Source of the DNA: Octopus vulgaris
Taxonomy: Eukaryota
Assembly: GCA_951406725.2 (NCBI GenBank)
Contig: OX597828.1
Span: 17,112,001 to 17,176,000, forward strand
Length of the DNA stretch: 64,000 nucleotides
Reading direction: 5' to 3'
The notes beneath the pieces were generated by a model. That model was given only the letters and a program-made list of their open reading frames with translations, made no database searches and was not told where the DNA came from. Positions 14,324 to 29,166 of the stretch are shown here, in pieces (the first letter of the stretch is position 1; every line of letters starts with the position of its first letter). A program made the translations under genes and the position numbers.

Positions 14324-15248
14324 CGTAAAGTATATTTTCCACTTAAATCTGGCAGAACCATTGTGAGCGATGCTGCTGTAGTTTATAGCCCAAGGAAGAC
14401 ATCACCTCCAGCTCGTTAGCAATATAACGATACACTGCTTTTTTTAAGCTCTCTAAAAGAACGTGGACGTTTGGGCCACCAGTCAGGCCTTTCGCGATAC
14501 TCTTCAAGCCAGGGACTTTTTCAGCACTGCTTCGTTCACCTCCTGGGTAATTTCAACCCCACAAATGATGAATGGCCGTATAGCCACATTTCTGGATGTC
14601 ACAGCATGAACAAAGTCATGCAGAATCATTACCCGAAGTTTAAAAATATGCTGTTGAAGTGATACTCTAGTAACCAGGTGAAACAAAATTTGGGTCTCTG
14701 CTTCATGAATAATATGGAGCTTATGTATAACGTAAAGGTGACCCCAATGGCCTCCTAGGACCACAACACTTTAGTGCTAACAATGTATGATCCCTGTCGA
14801 ACTTCTCCCGTCGACCCTATAAGAAACGCTCAAGCTATCTCTAACTTGAATTTTAATAAAGCTGACGGGGAATCAGTCTGCACAGAGATCCACTAATAAA
14901 ACTGGCCCGACAGGCCATTTGTGGAAGAGAAGGACTAGTCACGATGGATTCCTGTGATGCTCCGGAAGTCATGTGAGAATTGCAGGATGGTTTGGACTCT
15001 TTTAATTGCAAGTTTAGTCAGAATATTTTTTCTCCTAGAAGGGCTACCTTCCTATGACTGCGTGAAAAATAAAGGGATTCTCCTCTAATGCTGGGAAATC
15101 TATTCAAGACATGGAGAGGACTCAGACAGAAACTACCTTTCCGGTCCAGAACGGACCGGGTTATATTGGTAATTGAGGGGTGACTTCACGCTCAACACAA
15201 CGCCAGAACTCCCGAAATGGTGCCTTGCCACCCGATGTCATAAGCAGG

Positions 15249-15281
<33 letters not shown>

Positions 15282-16993
15282 GACACACACGCACAAACAC
15301 ATACACTTACACACACACGCATACCCACAAATGTGCACAGGCACATACTCACACACGCACACACTCACACGCACGCGCGCTCTCGCACATGCGCACAGAT
15401 ACATACAAGCATACACATCCACACACTCACACGCACACACTCTCATGCACAAGCACACACACTCACACACACACACACACACACGCATGCGCGCATGATC
15501 GCATAGACATATGAAACCATACACACGAACATACTTACACACACACATTCATACACATATGTACACACACACACACACATGCACACAACAACACACACTA
15601 AAACACGCATATAAGCAAGTGATATCACCTTCGTTTATATGTATTAATTTTGAAATAAGGCGCTTAGCATTATGACATTATTTACCTGTAGGCTTCGCTC
15701 GCCTACAACCGTTTCGATATCGAACAACCAATAAACTTACCTCTTCAAATAATATTTCCCTATCAGTGTCAGTTAAAATACATTGCAACACAAGTTATAT
15801 GTCATCAATGCTGTTTCTTGGGTTATACCATCAAACATTTCTAGCCCAGATTTTTCTGTGAATTCTTGAATTCTTTTTCATGTTAGCTACGCCAGAGTGT
15901 CAATTCGGAGTGACTTATAACCCAGATAAATATGATTTATTTAAAGAAGAGCCAAGCAAATGCTTCAATCTGTTTTATTATTCGCCACTGTACCCCAATG
16001 CTAAGCAAAACAATAATTTCAGTCTGTCGTCATTTGGGAAAAAGTTTAATCTCGGCAATTTCTGAAAATAAGTGGCGAAAATAAAATAAATCACTGCTGA
16101 CATCACAATGTCATGATCATTTGAAAACAGAGCAGTAGCAATTTATGCAATTACAAGTAATATAATCAGAATTTGCTGGTGAATAACGCTAACCAACAGA
16201 CCAATTACGATAACGCCAATCAACATTCTGCTATGTAATACCTTTACGTTCTAAACGAATAAACATTGTATTTCGGTTTATATAAGCATATCGCAAATCT
16301 TATTTAAGTGCTTGCAACTTTTTGTACCAAAATATTATCAAATTGTATACACACATTCATAAATACACACACGCGCGCACATACACATATATGAATGCGT
16401 GTGTGCGTGCACAGGTGTGTGAATGCGTGTATGTGCTCTTGTGTGTGTATGTTTGTATCTGTCTATGTGCAATCGTGTGCGTTGCTGATTATTATATGCA
16501 TATTTATATTATATATATATATATATGCATGCATGTATGTATGTATGTATGTATGTATGTATGTATATATATATATGCTCAAACACTCACATATTTATAT
16601 GTATACATGCTTGCATATAGATATCTGTATACACGTGCATGTATATTCACATGAGTAAATACATATATTTTATCTCTATGTAAATTGCGGTATATATATA
16701 TATATATATATTTATGTGTGTGTGTGTGTATGTGTGTGTTTGTGTGTGTGTATGTGTGTGTGTAAGTGTGTGTGCGCGTGTGTATTTTCAGTCGGGTCAT
16801 CCTCTTGCTTCTATGAGTTTCACATGTCGGCACATAGGAGCTTCAGTAGAAAAAAAAAAAAGAAAGAAAAATTATGCGTCTCTACTTGTGAAACTCCGAG
16901 TAGCAAGAAGATGATACGACCACAATAAGATATCAGTATCAATACCGTGGCATAGTTTACCCTTTTTTTTTTTTACTGATAGTCAAGAAGAAA

Positions 16994-17047
<54 letters not shown>

Positions 17048-17460
17048 AGTTTAATTTCTTCGATGCCCCATATGATAAAGGAAATGCGATTTCGTTTTTA
17101 AAATACCATTTATTGTTTTTCAACACTTAGATAATATTTTTTTTCTTTTAGTTCTCTTCTTTGCTGTATTCTACAGAATTTCCAAGCTATTCCTTCACTC
17201 TTCCAGTTTCCCTATCTGTGTATTCCTTTTATCTATGTAGGTATCTACGTCTCTCCATTTTCTTCCTTTTTTATGTAATTTTTTTAGACACTTTTCAACT
17301 TTCCTTCATTCTCTTTATCTATCTATATTAGGGAGTTTTTCTTTCATCACATGACTTTCATCTTCTAAACTCTATCTATCTATATATCTATCTATCTGAT
17401 TGCCTTTCTAAATATTTCTGTATGTATTAGTTTGTCTCTCTACTTGCATATATATGTATA

Positions 17461-17577
<117 letters not shown>

Positions 17578-17585
17578 ATATGTAA

Positions 17586-17631
<46 letters not shown>

Positions 17632-17719
17632 CTATATATATTACACACACACACACACATATATGTAATTATGGGTGTGTTTGCGTGTGTATGTATATAG
17701 TGCAAAAATAAGGACGAGA

Positions 17720-17940
17720 TGACAGAAATATCAATAACTATTTGGGTGACGCCCAGAAAAAAACGGAAGAATTCTTTAACGTTTCGAACCTACGCTGTTC
17801 TACAGAAAAGGCAGATGAGGAGAGAGAAAACAGAATCGTGTCTGACGTAAACGGTCAGAGATATTTGCAATGACTGAAAGAGGAAGGAGTTGACTTGAGG
17901 CGTGAGTGGCCAGGGAGACAGCAGGGACCCGACATATATG
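17720..17940 (-). mobile_element. Possible Penelope-like 3' relic with a degenerate HHR motif
   Basis: Minus strand 17773-17810: CUUUU-CUGUAGA-ACAGC-GUAG-GUUC-GAAAC-GUUA-AAGAA; core and stem II are mutated. Confidence 0.4.
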
Positions 17941-18974
17941 TGTGAGCAAGCACGTGTGTGTGTATGAAGGCTAATGTGTGCGTGTATATGTAAGTACGAT
18001 AGCGGGCTGGGAGATCTGTGTGCAAACATGCGTGTGTTTATGGCGCTAATGTGTGACGTGTGTAGGCACGAAAGGTATCTGCGCGTGTGTGTATGTGTGT
18101 GTGTGTGTGTGTATTATGGGTATGTGTTATGTGTTTGGTAGGCTCTTTGACGAATGTGTCTCTGCTTGAATGTATGTGTGTACGCGCATGTGTGTGTATA
18201 AGTGTGTTTACATGTATTCGTGCGTGTTCATTATTCCAGTAAATGTGTGTGTGTGTGTGTGTGTATACGAGTCTTTCAGACATTCAGACGGATATTGCCC
18301 ATCAACGTTTGTGAGTTTGTGATGATACTGTGTGCGTCTACTTTCCGTGTGTTTATCCGTGTGTGTATGTGTGAGCGAGCGTGTGCATATGTGCGTGTGT
18401 ACTGTTTTAATTGCTGTATATGTATATATGTGTATGTGTGCATGCACATATATATGTATATGTGCCTCTGTGTGTGTGTGTGTGTGTATAAATAAAGAGA
18501 AAATTCACGCTTTACAAATTTATACGTGTCTATCAATATTTCTGTTTGTGTATGTTGCCCTCTGCTTTTGCCTTTTTTTTTATTTTAGCCTCCTTCTCTT
18601 TCACTTCTCTTTCTCCCGATCTAATGATACATAAATATCGCTTGTAACTTAGTGCCAATCGCCAAACGGTTACCCTGTCGATTTACAATCACTGTTTAGA
18701 TGGATTCCTCTTGTAATTCTACCAAAGTAATGATCCAACCAGGAGAGCAGATATTGAATACCTCCAAGGTTAATTACGACTGAAAACCAAAACAATGTTT
18801 ACAATACAAATGTTTGAAGAAATCACATGCCTTCGCTTCTTTTAGGGGTTTTAATTGCTTCAGTTTGTGCTAAAACTGCTATTTTTGCTAGAATAATTTC
18901 CCCGAAATGTTTATTAGTGGTATACGATTCCATTTTTCCATATAACACAGCACATTGAAATGTAATTGTATAGG

Positions 18975-19625
18975 AGACTAATATTTAGATTATTTCTGTA
19001 GTAAGCGCGGCTAGAGGGAAAGCTAATATCCTGTGTATAAAGAAAGCGGAAACCGCAACCTAATTTCTGTTCCACAAGGCTGATACTATCCATTGGAAAC
19101 GAATGAACATTTTAACATCCCATCGACGCAATCTTAAAAATATATAAAGGATCCGTTGCCTAATTAAAAGATACTAAAGTTTAGTTTAATATCCTGGCTA
19201 TAGCAGGCAGCAAACCATTTTCAATTCTATAAAGCCGTAAATATCCATGGTAAAGGATTTAATTATAGAACATTCCATGACAACATTCTCTAAAATATAT
19301 AGAGGTCGGTCTTTTGTGTAATCAAAATATATCAATATTTAGTTTAATACACCGGATATTGGAAGACGGAAAACCAGTTTCTTTTCTACAAGGCTGCTAA
19401 TATCCCCAGGAAAGATATTAGTGTTTATATCATGCCATCACGACATACGTTTTGCTTAATCAAAATATACCAATATTTATATTATTTCTACAGTAAGTGC
19501 TGTAGACCAAATAAATAATACACCGACTATCAAAGAATACCCGCTAATTTTTATTCCTCCGATAAGATCTCTGGGAAACGAATGAACGTCACACTAACCC
19601 GGTACTGCGTCAATATTTTTTCTAA
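18975..19625 (+). repeat. Old degenerate tandem repeat, about 4 units of roughly 130-190 bp
   Basis: Recurring taatcaaaatata.caatattta, taatatcctg/taatacaccg, acaaggctg..a.tatcc and ggaaacgaatgaac. Confidence 0.65.
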
Positions 19626-20056
19626 AAAGGAATACAAGTACTCATTGTAACAAATGGACCTTTATGTAATCAATCGATCTGCTAGAAATAGCAACCAAAT
19701 ATGACTAAATTGATAATTTGCAACAGAGAGAAAGAGAGAGAGAGAGAGATAGGAGTTGGGGAGAGAGAAAATAACCCTTCGGATGATATAGTAGTCTCAC
19801 AAATTTTCTTGTCTTTAAAGAACTTATTGGTCACGTGTGAAAAGTATTTCATTGCATTAACTCTTAGTCAGGGCTGACCTGAGGTGTTAAACCAAAGTAA
19901 TAGCAACAAAATGAATATAGGGAGAACGGACATATCACAATATTTTAATAATCAAGATATTTCTGTGAATATATAGACGATCTGCTTCATAGTAACACAC
20001 AAACATGGAAAGAACTATCTATATGTATATATATATGTACGTATTTATATATATAT

Positions 20057-20277
20057 ACTCTCTTTTACTCTCTTTTACTTGTTTCAGTCATTTGACTGCG
20101 GCCATGCTGGAGCACCGCCTTTTAGTCGAGCAACTCGACCCCGGGACTCATTCTTTGTAAGCCCAGTACTTATTTTATCAATCTCTTTTGCCGAACCGCT
20201 AAGTAACGGGGACGTAAACACACCAGCATCGGTTGTTAAGCAATGCTAGGGGGACAAACACAGACACACAAACACAT

Positions 20278-20324
<47 letters not shown>

Positions 20325-20484
20325 CGACAGGCTTCTTTCAGTTTCCGTCTACCAAATCTACTCACAAGGCATTGGTCGGCCCGAGGCTATAGCAGAAGAC
20401 ACTTGCCCAAGATGCCATGCAGTGGGACTGAACCCGGAACCATGTGGTTGGTTAGCAAGCTACGTACCATACAGCCACTCCTGC

Positions 20485-20485
<1 letters not shown>
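20057..20485 (-). mobile_element. SINE family 1, full length
   Basis: Reverse complement of the 7122 copy with a (ctcttttact) tail. Confidence 0.93.
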
Positions 20486-20522
<37 letters not shown>

Positions 20523-20826
20523 GAAAAACTTAGAATCAACAAAAGGGGGGGTATGGGTAGACATTTATTTGCGATCGCTATAATTGTTTCTACATAGATT
20601 TCCAGGCTTGCAGACACTTATTTATGCAACGTTTTCCTTAAATTATTAGATCTTGTGTTTCGTCAGGCGATATATAAATATTGTTGCCGTACGTTCAAAT
20701 TCTCAGCTTCAAAAGAATGTTATCTGTCGGTCAAGGATTGGAATTAGTAATAACTACAGTGTGTATGAAGAGAGATGTCTCTTGATACACACACTGGCTA
20801 CTAGTAACTCCAGGCCACGACAGACA

Positions 20827-21060
20827 GAAGGCACATAACCTAGTGGTTAGGGGCGGACTATCACGATCGCTAGATTGTGGTTTCTATTCTTAGATTGGGC
20901 GATGTCTTGTGTTCTTCAGCCAAATACTCCATATCGCGTTGTTCTCTGAGCATCACGCCCTCTGAATTGCGGCACACCTGAACACCTGATGGAGGGAGTT
21001 AGGTGATTTGAACAAAAACACTTGATCTCTAAGAAATTGTACGAACTTCATCCGTCATCG
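20827..21060 (+). mobile_element. SINE family 3 (old)
   Basis: aggcacataacctagtggttaggggcggact..cacgatcgctagattgtggtttctattc is a tRNA-like head. Confidence 0.6.
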
Positions 21061-21123
21061 AACGACCTATATACATACATGTATATATATGTGTGTATAT
21101 ATATATGTATATATATATATATA

Positions 21124-23425
21124 TAATAAATATTAGGGAATAAATCCAAATTTACAGGGAAAAAATCAGATTTAGGATTAAATCCAATTTTATAGTAAAA
21201 TATTATATAATATTATTAGAGACAAAACCACTATTTTGCAAAACAAACAAGGAAAGACTTAATCAATACATAAAATTTTAATAAAAAGTCAAAAAAACAA
21301 TTGTTTCTTGTCCTAATCGACAATCTTCAGGTGGACTTCCAATCTAAAATATCAATATTTTAAAATATAAAAATAATAATTTAAAAATAATTAAAGTATT
21401 AATGAAAAAATATAAATATATAATCTATATATAACCTATATATAATCCATATATAATCAATATATAAACAATATATAAACTAAAATAAACCTTTCAACAA
21501 TTAAATATAAAATATAAAATATAAAATATAAAACAAAACAAAAAATAAACTATATATACACCCATACACATATAACTAATTATATATAACCATTGTCTAT
21601 TTACGATGTTTGTTGTTTTATTGCATTGTTTCATTCATAATTTTTGAGTGGTGTTCGTTTTACCACGTGAATATTATTTTTAATTCCATTTATTCCATTT
21701 CTCCATTCATAATTTTAAAAGATGTTCGTTTCCAGAGCGGGAATACGTAGCACTATGGAAGCGAACGTCATTGAAATTGTGAATGGAATGGATGGAATTG
21801 GGAATTGTAACCGGGTGGTAGGCTAGCGTTGCTTAGGATTGGGAGTGGAATAATGTAGTAGAATGGCAGACATCGGGAATGGGCGTGGATTGCTGCAAAT
21901 TGTTTGTTGGGACTGCCAAGATAGACTAGAACTCATAAATACATATAATAATTTATCATGGTAGTTTTATTAAAGAATCCATTCATAATTTTTTTAAGTA
22001 GTGTTGGTTTGCCGCGTGAATATAGTTTTTAATTCCATTTATTCTATTTCTCCATTCATAATTTTAAATGACGTTTGCTTCCATGGCGCGTATTCTTTTT
22101 ATATATAAGTTATGTTCCTATGGTAACGTAATTTTGGTTTGATTTTTTTAACGGCTTAGAATTTAATTTCACTTCATAATTTGAAACTGACTTGAAAGTA
22201 TGTATATTATTTCTCCTTATGTCATATTGTTATTTTTGATATTCTGGTTAATTACGATGTATTTTATATATCGTTTATGTGTAATAATGTTGTTTTTCTT
22301 TGGAGTGTTTATGTATGTGAGATTGTGTGTGAGTGTGTGCGTATTTTGGTTGTGTAATTTGTTTATCTGTATGAGTGTGGGTGTGTAAATATTGTTGTAT
22401 ATATCGAGTTTGGTGAGTATGTATATGCGTATATGTGAGGGAGTGTATGTATGTGTTGTGTGTGTGTGTTTTGCGTATGTGTGTTTGTGTGTGAATGTGT
22501 ATATGGGATTGTTATATGGGTTTGGGGATGTATGTGTTAATTTGTCTGTGTGGGGAGGGAGTGGGTTTTTGGTGTATATTGAGGTTTATACGTTAGTATA
22601 GGTATGTGTGAGTGAGGTGGGTATTTGTATAAGTCGTGGGTCTGTGGTTTACGTGTGTGTATTTGTGTGTGAATGTTTAGGTTAGGGGGATTGCTATATA
22701 GGTTTGTTATAGAGTTTAGCAAAGGGAGATTTTATCATTATATGTTTTTGTGAGTTTTGGTTTATCATGGTAGTTTTATTAAGGAATTCGTAGTAATTTG
22801 TCTATTTACGATGTTTGTTGTTTTATTGCATAGTTTCATTCATAATCGTTTTACCAAGTGAATATAATTTTTAATTCCATTTATTCCATTTCTCCATTCA
22901 TAATTTTAAATGATGTCCGTTTCTAGAGCGGGAATGTGGGTTGTATGTGTGTGTGAGGGAGTATGAATAAGTATTGTGTTGAAGTATTTGGTTATTTTAT
23001 TTATTTATCGTTGCCTAGACGGTTTTATGTGTATGTATAGGGATGTATATATAGGTGGGTGTATATATAGTTTATTTTTTGTTTTGTTTTATATTTTATA
23101 TTTTATATTTTATATTTAATTGTTGAAAGGTTTATTTTAGTTTATATATTGTTTATATATTGATTATATATGGATTATATATAGGTTATATATAGATTAT
23201 ATATTTATATTTTTTCATTAATACTTTAATTATTTTAAAATTATTATTTTTATATTTTAAAATATTGATATTTTAGATTGGAAGTCCACCTGAAGATTGT
23301 CGATTAGGACAAGAAACAATTGTAGTGGCGGTTTTTTTGACTTTTTATTAAAATTTTATGTATTGATTAAGTCTTTCCTTGTTTGTTTTGCAAAATAGTG
23401 GTTTTGTCTTTAATAATATTATATA
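21124..23425 (+). mobile_element. 2.3-kb Penelope-like non-autonomous element with about 360-bp inverted terminal repeats carrying a minimal HHR, inserted in (TA)n
   Basis: Arms about 21204-21564 and 23056-23425 are near-identical reverse complements; internal direct repeats at 21592-21745 and 22798-22935; no intact ORF. Confidence 0.75.
23286..23328 (+). ncRNA. Intact minimal type I hammerhead ribozyme
   Basis: CCAC-CUGAAGA-UUGUC-GAUUAG-GACAA-GAA-AC-AAUU-GU-A^GUGG; canonical core, 4-bp stem I, 5-bp stem II, palindromic stem III ACAAUUGU. Confidence 0.88.
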
Positions 23426-23455
23426 TATATATATATAAAATATATACATACATAT

Positions 23456-23508
<53 letters not shown>

Positions 23509-23762
23509 TACACACACACACAGACACACATATATGTATCTGGATGTGTGTGCGTGTGTGTGTGTGTTTATGTGAGTGGATTAGTATTTCCAAAAAGCTG
23601 ATGATGTGGACAGGAAACGCACTATCTGCGCAATGCGGAATCGACAGACCAGTGACATGTTTTAAACTCCAGATTTTAAGGATTTGAAAATGTTAGTGTG
23701 AATAGCTTTAGAAATTTCCAGTAAATTAAATTAAAGCAGAAAAATACACACACACACACACA

Positions 23763-23841
<79 letters not shown>

Positions 23842-24448
23842 CCTGGGCATTAAATCAAGTGAGATCAAAATCATTTAGGGTTTTATCGCTTAGCCAATAA
23901 ATATACGTATCTATCTCATTCTTAAGAGTCAACATTGTACACGTCAACTGAGAGCTTTACTGTCTCGAGATGAATATCGAAAATAGTAAAGCTAAGACAA
24001 AAGATACGAACAGAGAACACTTGCGATAAACAACAGCAAGCGAGTTTCGTTGTAGACTGACGTATATTTCAACAGTAACGTGAACGAATGTCTGACACGG
24101 TAAACAAAAAAAACACAGTAAATATTGTATGATAACTAAGAAAATGATCTGACAATTTATGATAAAGAAACATTACAGTGGTGCCATTGCATCTATACAG
24201 GGAACCAAACTGATAAATATAGAGATAAATGAGAATGGTGGTAAGTATTACAACGCGTATATGTATGCACATACAAGCACGCAAACGGGCGTGCACGTAC
24301 GCACAAAAGCGCAAGCACCCAAATCCCAACACATTCACAAATACATATACACACACATATATACATACACACATCGTATACATACATAAATACATATATG
24401 TATATACATATATATATATATAAAAACATACATAGATACATACATAAA

Positions 24449-24480
<32 letters not shown>

Positions 24481-24594
24481 ATATATATATATATACAAAT
24501 ATATATACAGATATATATATATATACATATATATATATGTATACATACACACACACACATATATATATAAATATATATACATATATATATATAT

Positions 24595-24648
<54 letters not shown>

Positions 24649-24987
24649 ATATATTATATATATATATTTATTTATATATTTATATATTTATTTATTTATT
24701 TATTTATAAATGTACCTATCTTTATGGAGGTTTTGTATAACCATCTATAAAAATCGATCCTTCAACAAATAATACGGCAACAGTGTTTTACAAGCCTGAT
24801 AGTGAAATCTGGATTCTTTAACGTTTAGTAAGAGCGATAGTCATCTTCAGCTGTGTGCTAGTCAAGATTGAAACTACAAGGTTTACCGCTGTATGATGTA
24901 TGTATATACAGCATAATTAAAGTGTCGTTCCATCGACACTATAAGAACACATAGGAACACACAAATAGCATATGAAGATGATATGTA

Positions 24988-25042
<55 letters not shown>

Positions 25043-25336
25043 GTGATTGTGGTGCATGCACACACTCACATATGTGTGTGTGTCTAAACGTAGATACTTA
25101 TAGTAGAGATGTGTAGTTTTGTATGTAAAATGATATTAGTCAATATTCACGTACCTTATCTTTATATTGAGTCTTGCCAGATACTTTTGCGCAATAACGA
25201 TTGTAAGCATATACACATGCATGGGTATACTCACTTATATGTGTATATTTATATTTGCACACGCGCATAAACACCTACAAATCCTTTTTAATAAATGTGT
25301 GTTCGTGTATAGACATAAATGTATGTAACTACACAC

Positions 25337-25377
<41 letters not shown>

Positions 25378-25593
25378 TTATATATATACATATATACATA
25401 TATATTCATATATAATATCATATATACATACATACATGCATACATAAATACATAGACACGTACATCTATCTATCTATGTAATTATAATATTTATATATAG
25501 GTTAATATATATATATATACATACACGTATACATAAATACATACACACGTACATCTATCTATCTATATAATTATAATATTGATATATAGGTTA

Positions 25594-25628
<35 letters not shown>

Positions 25629-25630
25629 TA

Positions 25631-25692
<62 letters not shown>

Positions 25693-26215
25693 TACAAATA
25701 TGCGCACGTGTGTGTGTTTAGATTTATATAAACTTATATAAATATATATAAATGTATATCCATAAACACAGGCATATTTATAAATATGTTATTTCTTGTT
25801 TTGAGAGTATGCTTCGGGCAATGAGAATTTGAAATTTTAACAAAAGTAGCCGTGACAAAGAAAACTTTTATTTAATTATCTCTACATTCTTAATTATAAA
25901 ATATATGAAATATATTTTTCTCTTGGAATGTTACAAACACAATGCCTGCTTTTCATGACAGAACCTAAACATTAAGAGAGAACTGAAATAAGGTTTCTAT
26001 GTATTTTGTTCTAGCCTTGACATCAGTAGTTATTAATCTTCTGACTGACAGTATTAGATGTCAAAGGAAGGAAAAAGGAATGATAGGCGAGAGGATACGC
26101 AAAACGTAAGCAAATACCAAGGTGACTGACCAGTTTTGATGACCCAACCAGAAAGAATGACCTACATCGAAAACTAGTAAGGGTGTTATAACCATGGCAC
26201 CGATATATATATATA

Positions 26216-26309
<94 letters not shown>

Positions 26310-26413
26310 CAAAAATGTGACAAGAGCGCAAAACATCCAGACAGACGATATAAGGAAAACAAGGACGGATCATTCAGTTTTCTATCATCAGTCGAATTCC
26401 AGATTATCTTTGC

Positions 26414-26508
<95 letters not shown>

Positions 26509-26510
<2 letters not shown>

Positions 26511-26908
26511 GCGCGGGAGTGGCTGTGTGGTAAGTTGCTTGCTAACCAACCATATGGTTCCGGGTTCAGTCCCACTGCGTGGCATCTTGGGCAAATGTCT
26601 TCTGCTATAGCCTCGGATCGACCAAAGCCTTGTGAGTGCATTTGGTAGACGGAAACTGAAAGAAGCCTGTCGTATATATTATATATATATGTATGTATGT
26701 GTGTGTCTGTGTTTGTCCCTCTAGCATTGCTTGACAACCGACGCTGGTGTGTTTACGTCCCCGTCGCTTAGCGGTTCGGCAAAAGAGGCCGATAGAGCAA
26801 GTACTGGGCCTACAAAGAATAAGTCCCGGGGTCGATTTGCTCGACTAAAGGCGGTGCTCCAGCATGGCCGCAGTCACATTACTGAAACAAGTAAAAGAGT
26901 AAAAGAGT
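26509..26908 (+). mobile_element. SINE family 1, full length
   Basis: Same head, body and tail as the 7122 copy. Confidence 0.93.
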
Positions 26909-26929
26909 ATATATATATACCGACCAAGA

Positions 26930-27584
26930 ACCTCGATACAAATTGTATGTAGAAAAATCGTGTCAGTATCAAGGTCGCTGTAGGTGTGGCATATCTTTTG
27001 ACATCGAATGATAAATGTTTAAGTGAGTATAACAATCTTTGTATGTTTTTGAATGGCTTCAATGTATCTTACACACGGCTATTGTTTTACTTTCAAAACA
27101 CGGTCTTAGATAAATTGACTTGCCTGGCTAAGTAGAGAACTAAAAATATTTATTGTATTTAGGTTCGCCGAAAGAGGGTACATATACTTAAATTTACTTT
27201 GATTAAGGATACATGTGAAGACAAATCTTTGCGCAGGTAGTGTTGTTGAGACTAAGTAAATATTTAAAACTATGGCGTCTCTATATATCAACTAACGACC
27301 TCGCCACAAACTAGATGCAGACGTAAATTTTGACATCAAATGATAAATGTTCCACTGTAGATAACAGACTTTGTGTGTTTTTGAATGGTTTCCATGTATC
27401 TTCCATACTGCAATCGTTTTACTTTCAAAACCCGGTCTCGAATAATTTCGACTAATTTGGATAGTATTTATATTCGATGAAACAGAGTGCATGTATTAAA
27501 ATTTTCGTTGATTGAGGATACATATAAAGGGGAATCATCACCCAAATAATGTCGTTAAGACTAAGTAAATAATTTTACTACAGA

Positions 27585-27645
<61 letters not shown>

Positions 27646-28005
27646 TATAAATATGTGTGTGTGTATGTATGTATGTATGTATGTATATAAATAAATGGCG
27701 TTTAACGCAGGTGTAATTCAAATTCTTTTACTTCCGACTTGTGTGATTTTTTGCTACCTTGGTAACTATCTATTTTTCCGTGTTAATTGTTAACAAGGGA
27801 AAAAAACACACATCTCTTTCAATCAAAGACATCGTCAAAAACTAGACGCAGCGGCTGTGCGTCGATAACAAGGTAGCAGTAGATGCGACGCATATTTTGA
27901 CATCGAATGATTAATAATTAAGTGAAAGTAACAGATTGTGTGTGTTCTGAATGACTTACATGTATCTTCTATACTGCAATCGTCTTAGTTCCAATTTACG
28001 GTACA
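26930..28005 (+). repeat. Diverged tandem repeat of about 330 bp, three partial units, interrupted by (TA)n
   Basis: ttttgacatc.aatgat...gaatg..t..atgtatctt...atcgt.tta at about 26996, 27328 and 27895. Confidence 0.8.
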
Positions 28006-28429
28006 ATTTCCAGTTTATATTGCGACAATCTAAATACGTTCACAGAGGATAAATGCGAAGAAAGGTCGTTGACTTGGTGGCGTGGATGAGATCTTCATCC
28101 TTCCCTCCAAGCAACAGATTCCCTCATCAGCATGATTTATTTGGCGAAAATTAATTCTTTTCCTACATATCTGATTATTTCTTTTCCAAATTCCTTATTC
28201 GTGTTAGCAAACTGCACAAAATAAATATGTAAATACATAAAAAAACATTTAAGTATTTTGTCAAGCGGACTAGCATGATGTGTTTGTAATTCAATATTAT
28301 TATGATTTGATAAAAATTTATAAAGTATTGCATATCTGAATTTGAAATAAAAGGAAGCCGTGACAATGCAAACAGTTTTTGTGTTTATAAAATTGATTTA
28401 TAAAATTGATAAACAAATATACATATGTA

Positions 28430-28461
<32 letters not shown>

Positions 28462-28493
28462 ATGCATATATATATATATATATATATATTATG

Positions 28494-28566
<73 letters not shown>

Positions 28567-28932
28567 CATATATATATGCATATATATATATACATATATA
28601 TACACATATATGTATAGACACACATACGTACATGATGCAAATAGCATGAATCTGTATCTAAACATATACATATAAATATGTTCGCAAGAGGTTCTGTGTG
28701 TCTATATGTATATATGTTTGCGTTTCTTGTGAGTGTGTGAGTAGTTTTGTGCGTGTGAGTATGTGTATTTGTGCGCGCGCGTGCATGTTTGTATCTATGC
28801 TTAATAACCATGTATTGATTTTGCAAATATAGAAGGAAGTTTGGAATGTAACTTTTATAGAGTATATCTAAATAGATATATTTTGAACGACGGAACTACA
28901 ATCCTACAACTTATCTCAGCAAACACAGATGA

Positions 28933-28999
<67 letters not shown>

Positions 29000-29000
<1 letters not shown>

Positions 29001-29110
29001 CTCGCTTAGCCAGCGGGGTGGCGTCATTTGATGGCTCTAACAATGCGAAGCGCATTGGGACCAGTGATGTTTAACATCTGATAATCTGGTCGGTCACGGT
29101 GATCACGGTC
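29000..29110 (+). mobile_element. Probable SINE 3' fragment
   Basis: GC-rich island (ggggtggcgtcatttg...ctggtcggtcacggtgatcacgg) between TA tracts; recalled as a common cephalopod repeat tail. Confidence 0.45.
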
Positions 29111-29166
29111 AAATATATATGGGGGCTGGGGTGTATATGCACATACATGCATATATATATATATAT

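Noticed and set aside
23597-23635. CTGATGA...GAAACGCA...TGCG hammerhead-like string
   Set aside because: Two-nt loop II, no NUH (GCA) and no stem I; likely chance
24805-24856. Minus-strand CUGAAGA...UAAACGUUA
   Set aside because: G12 is missing and stems are poor
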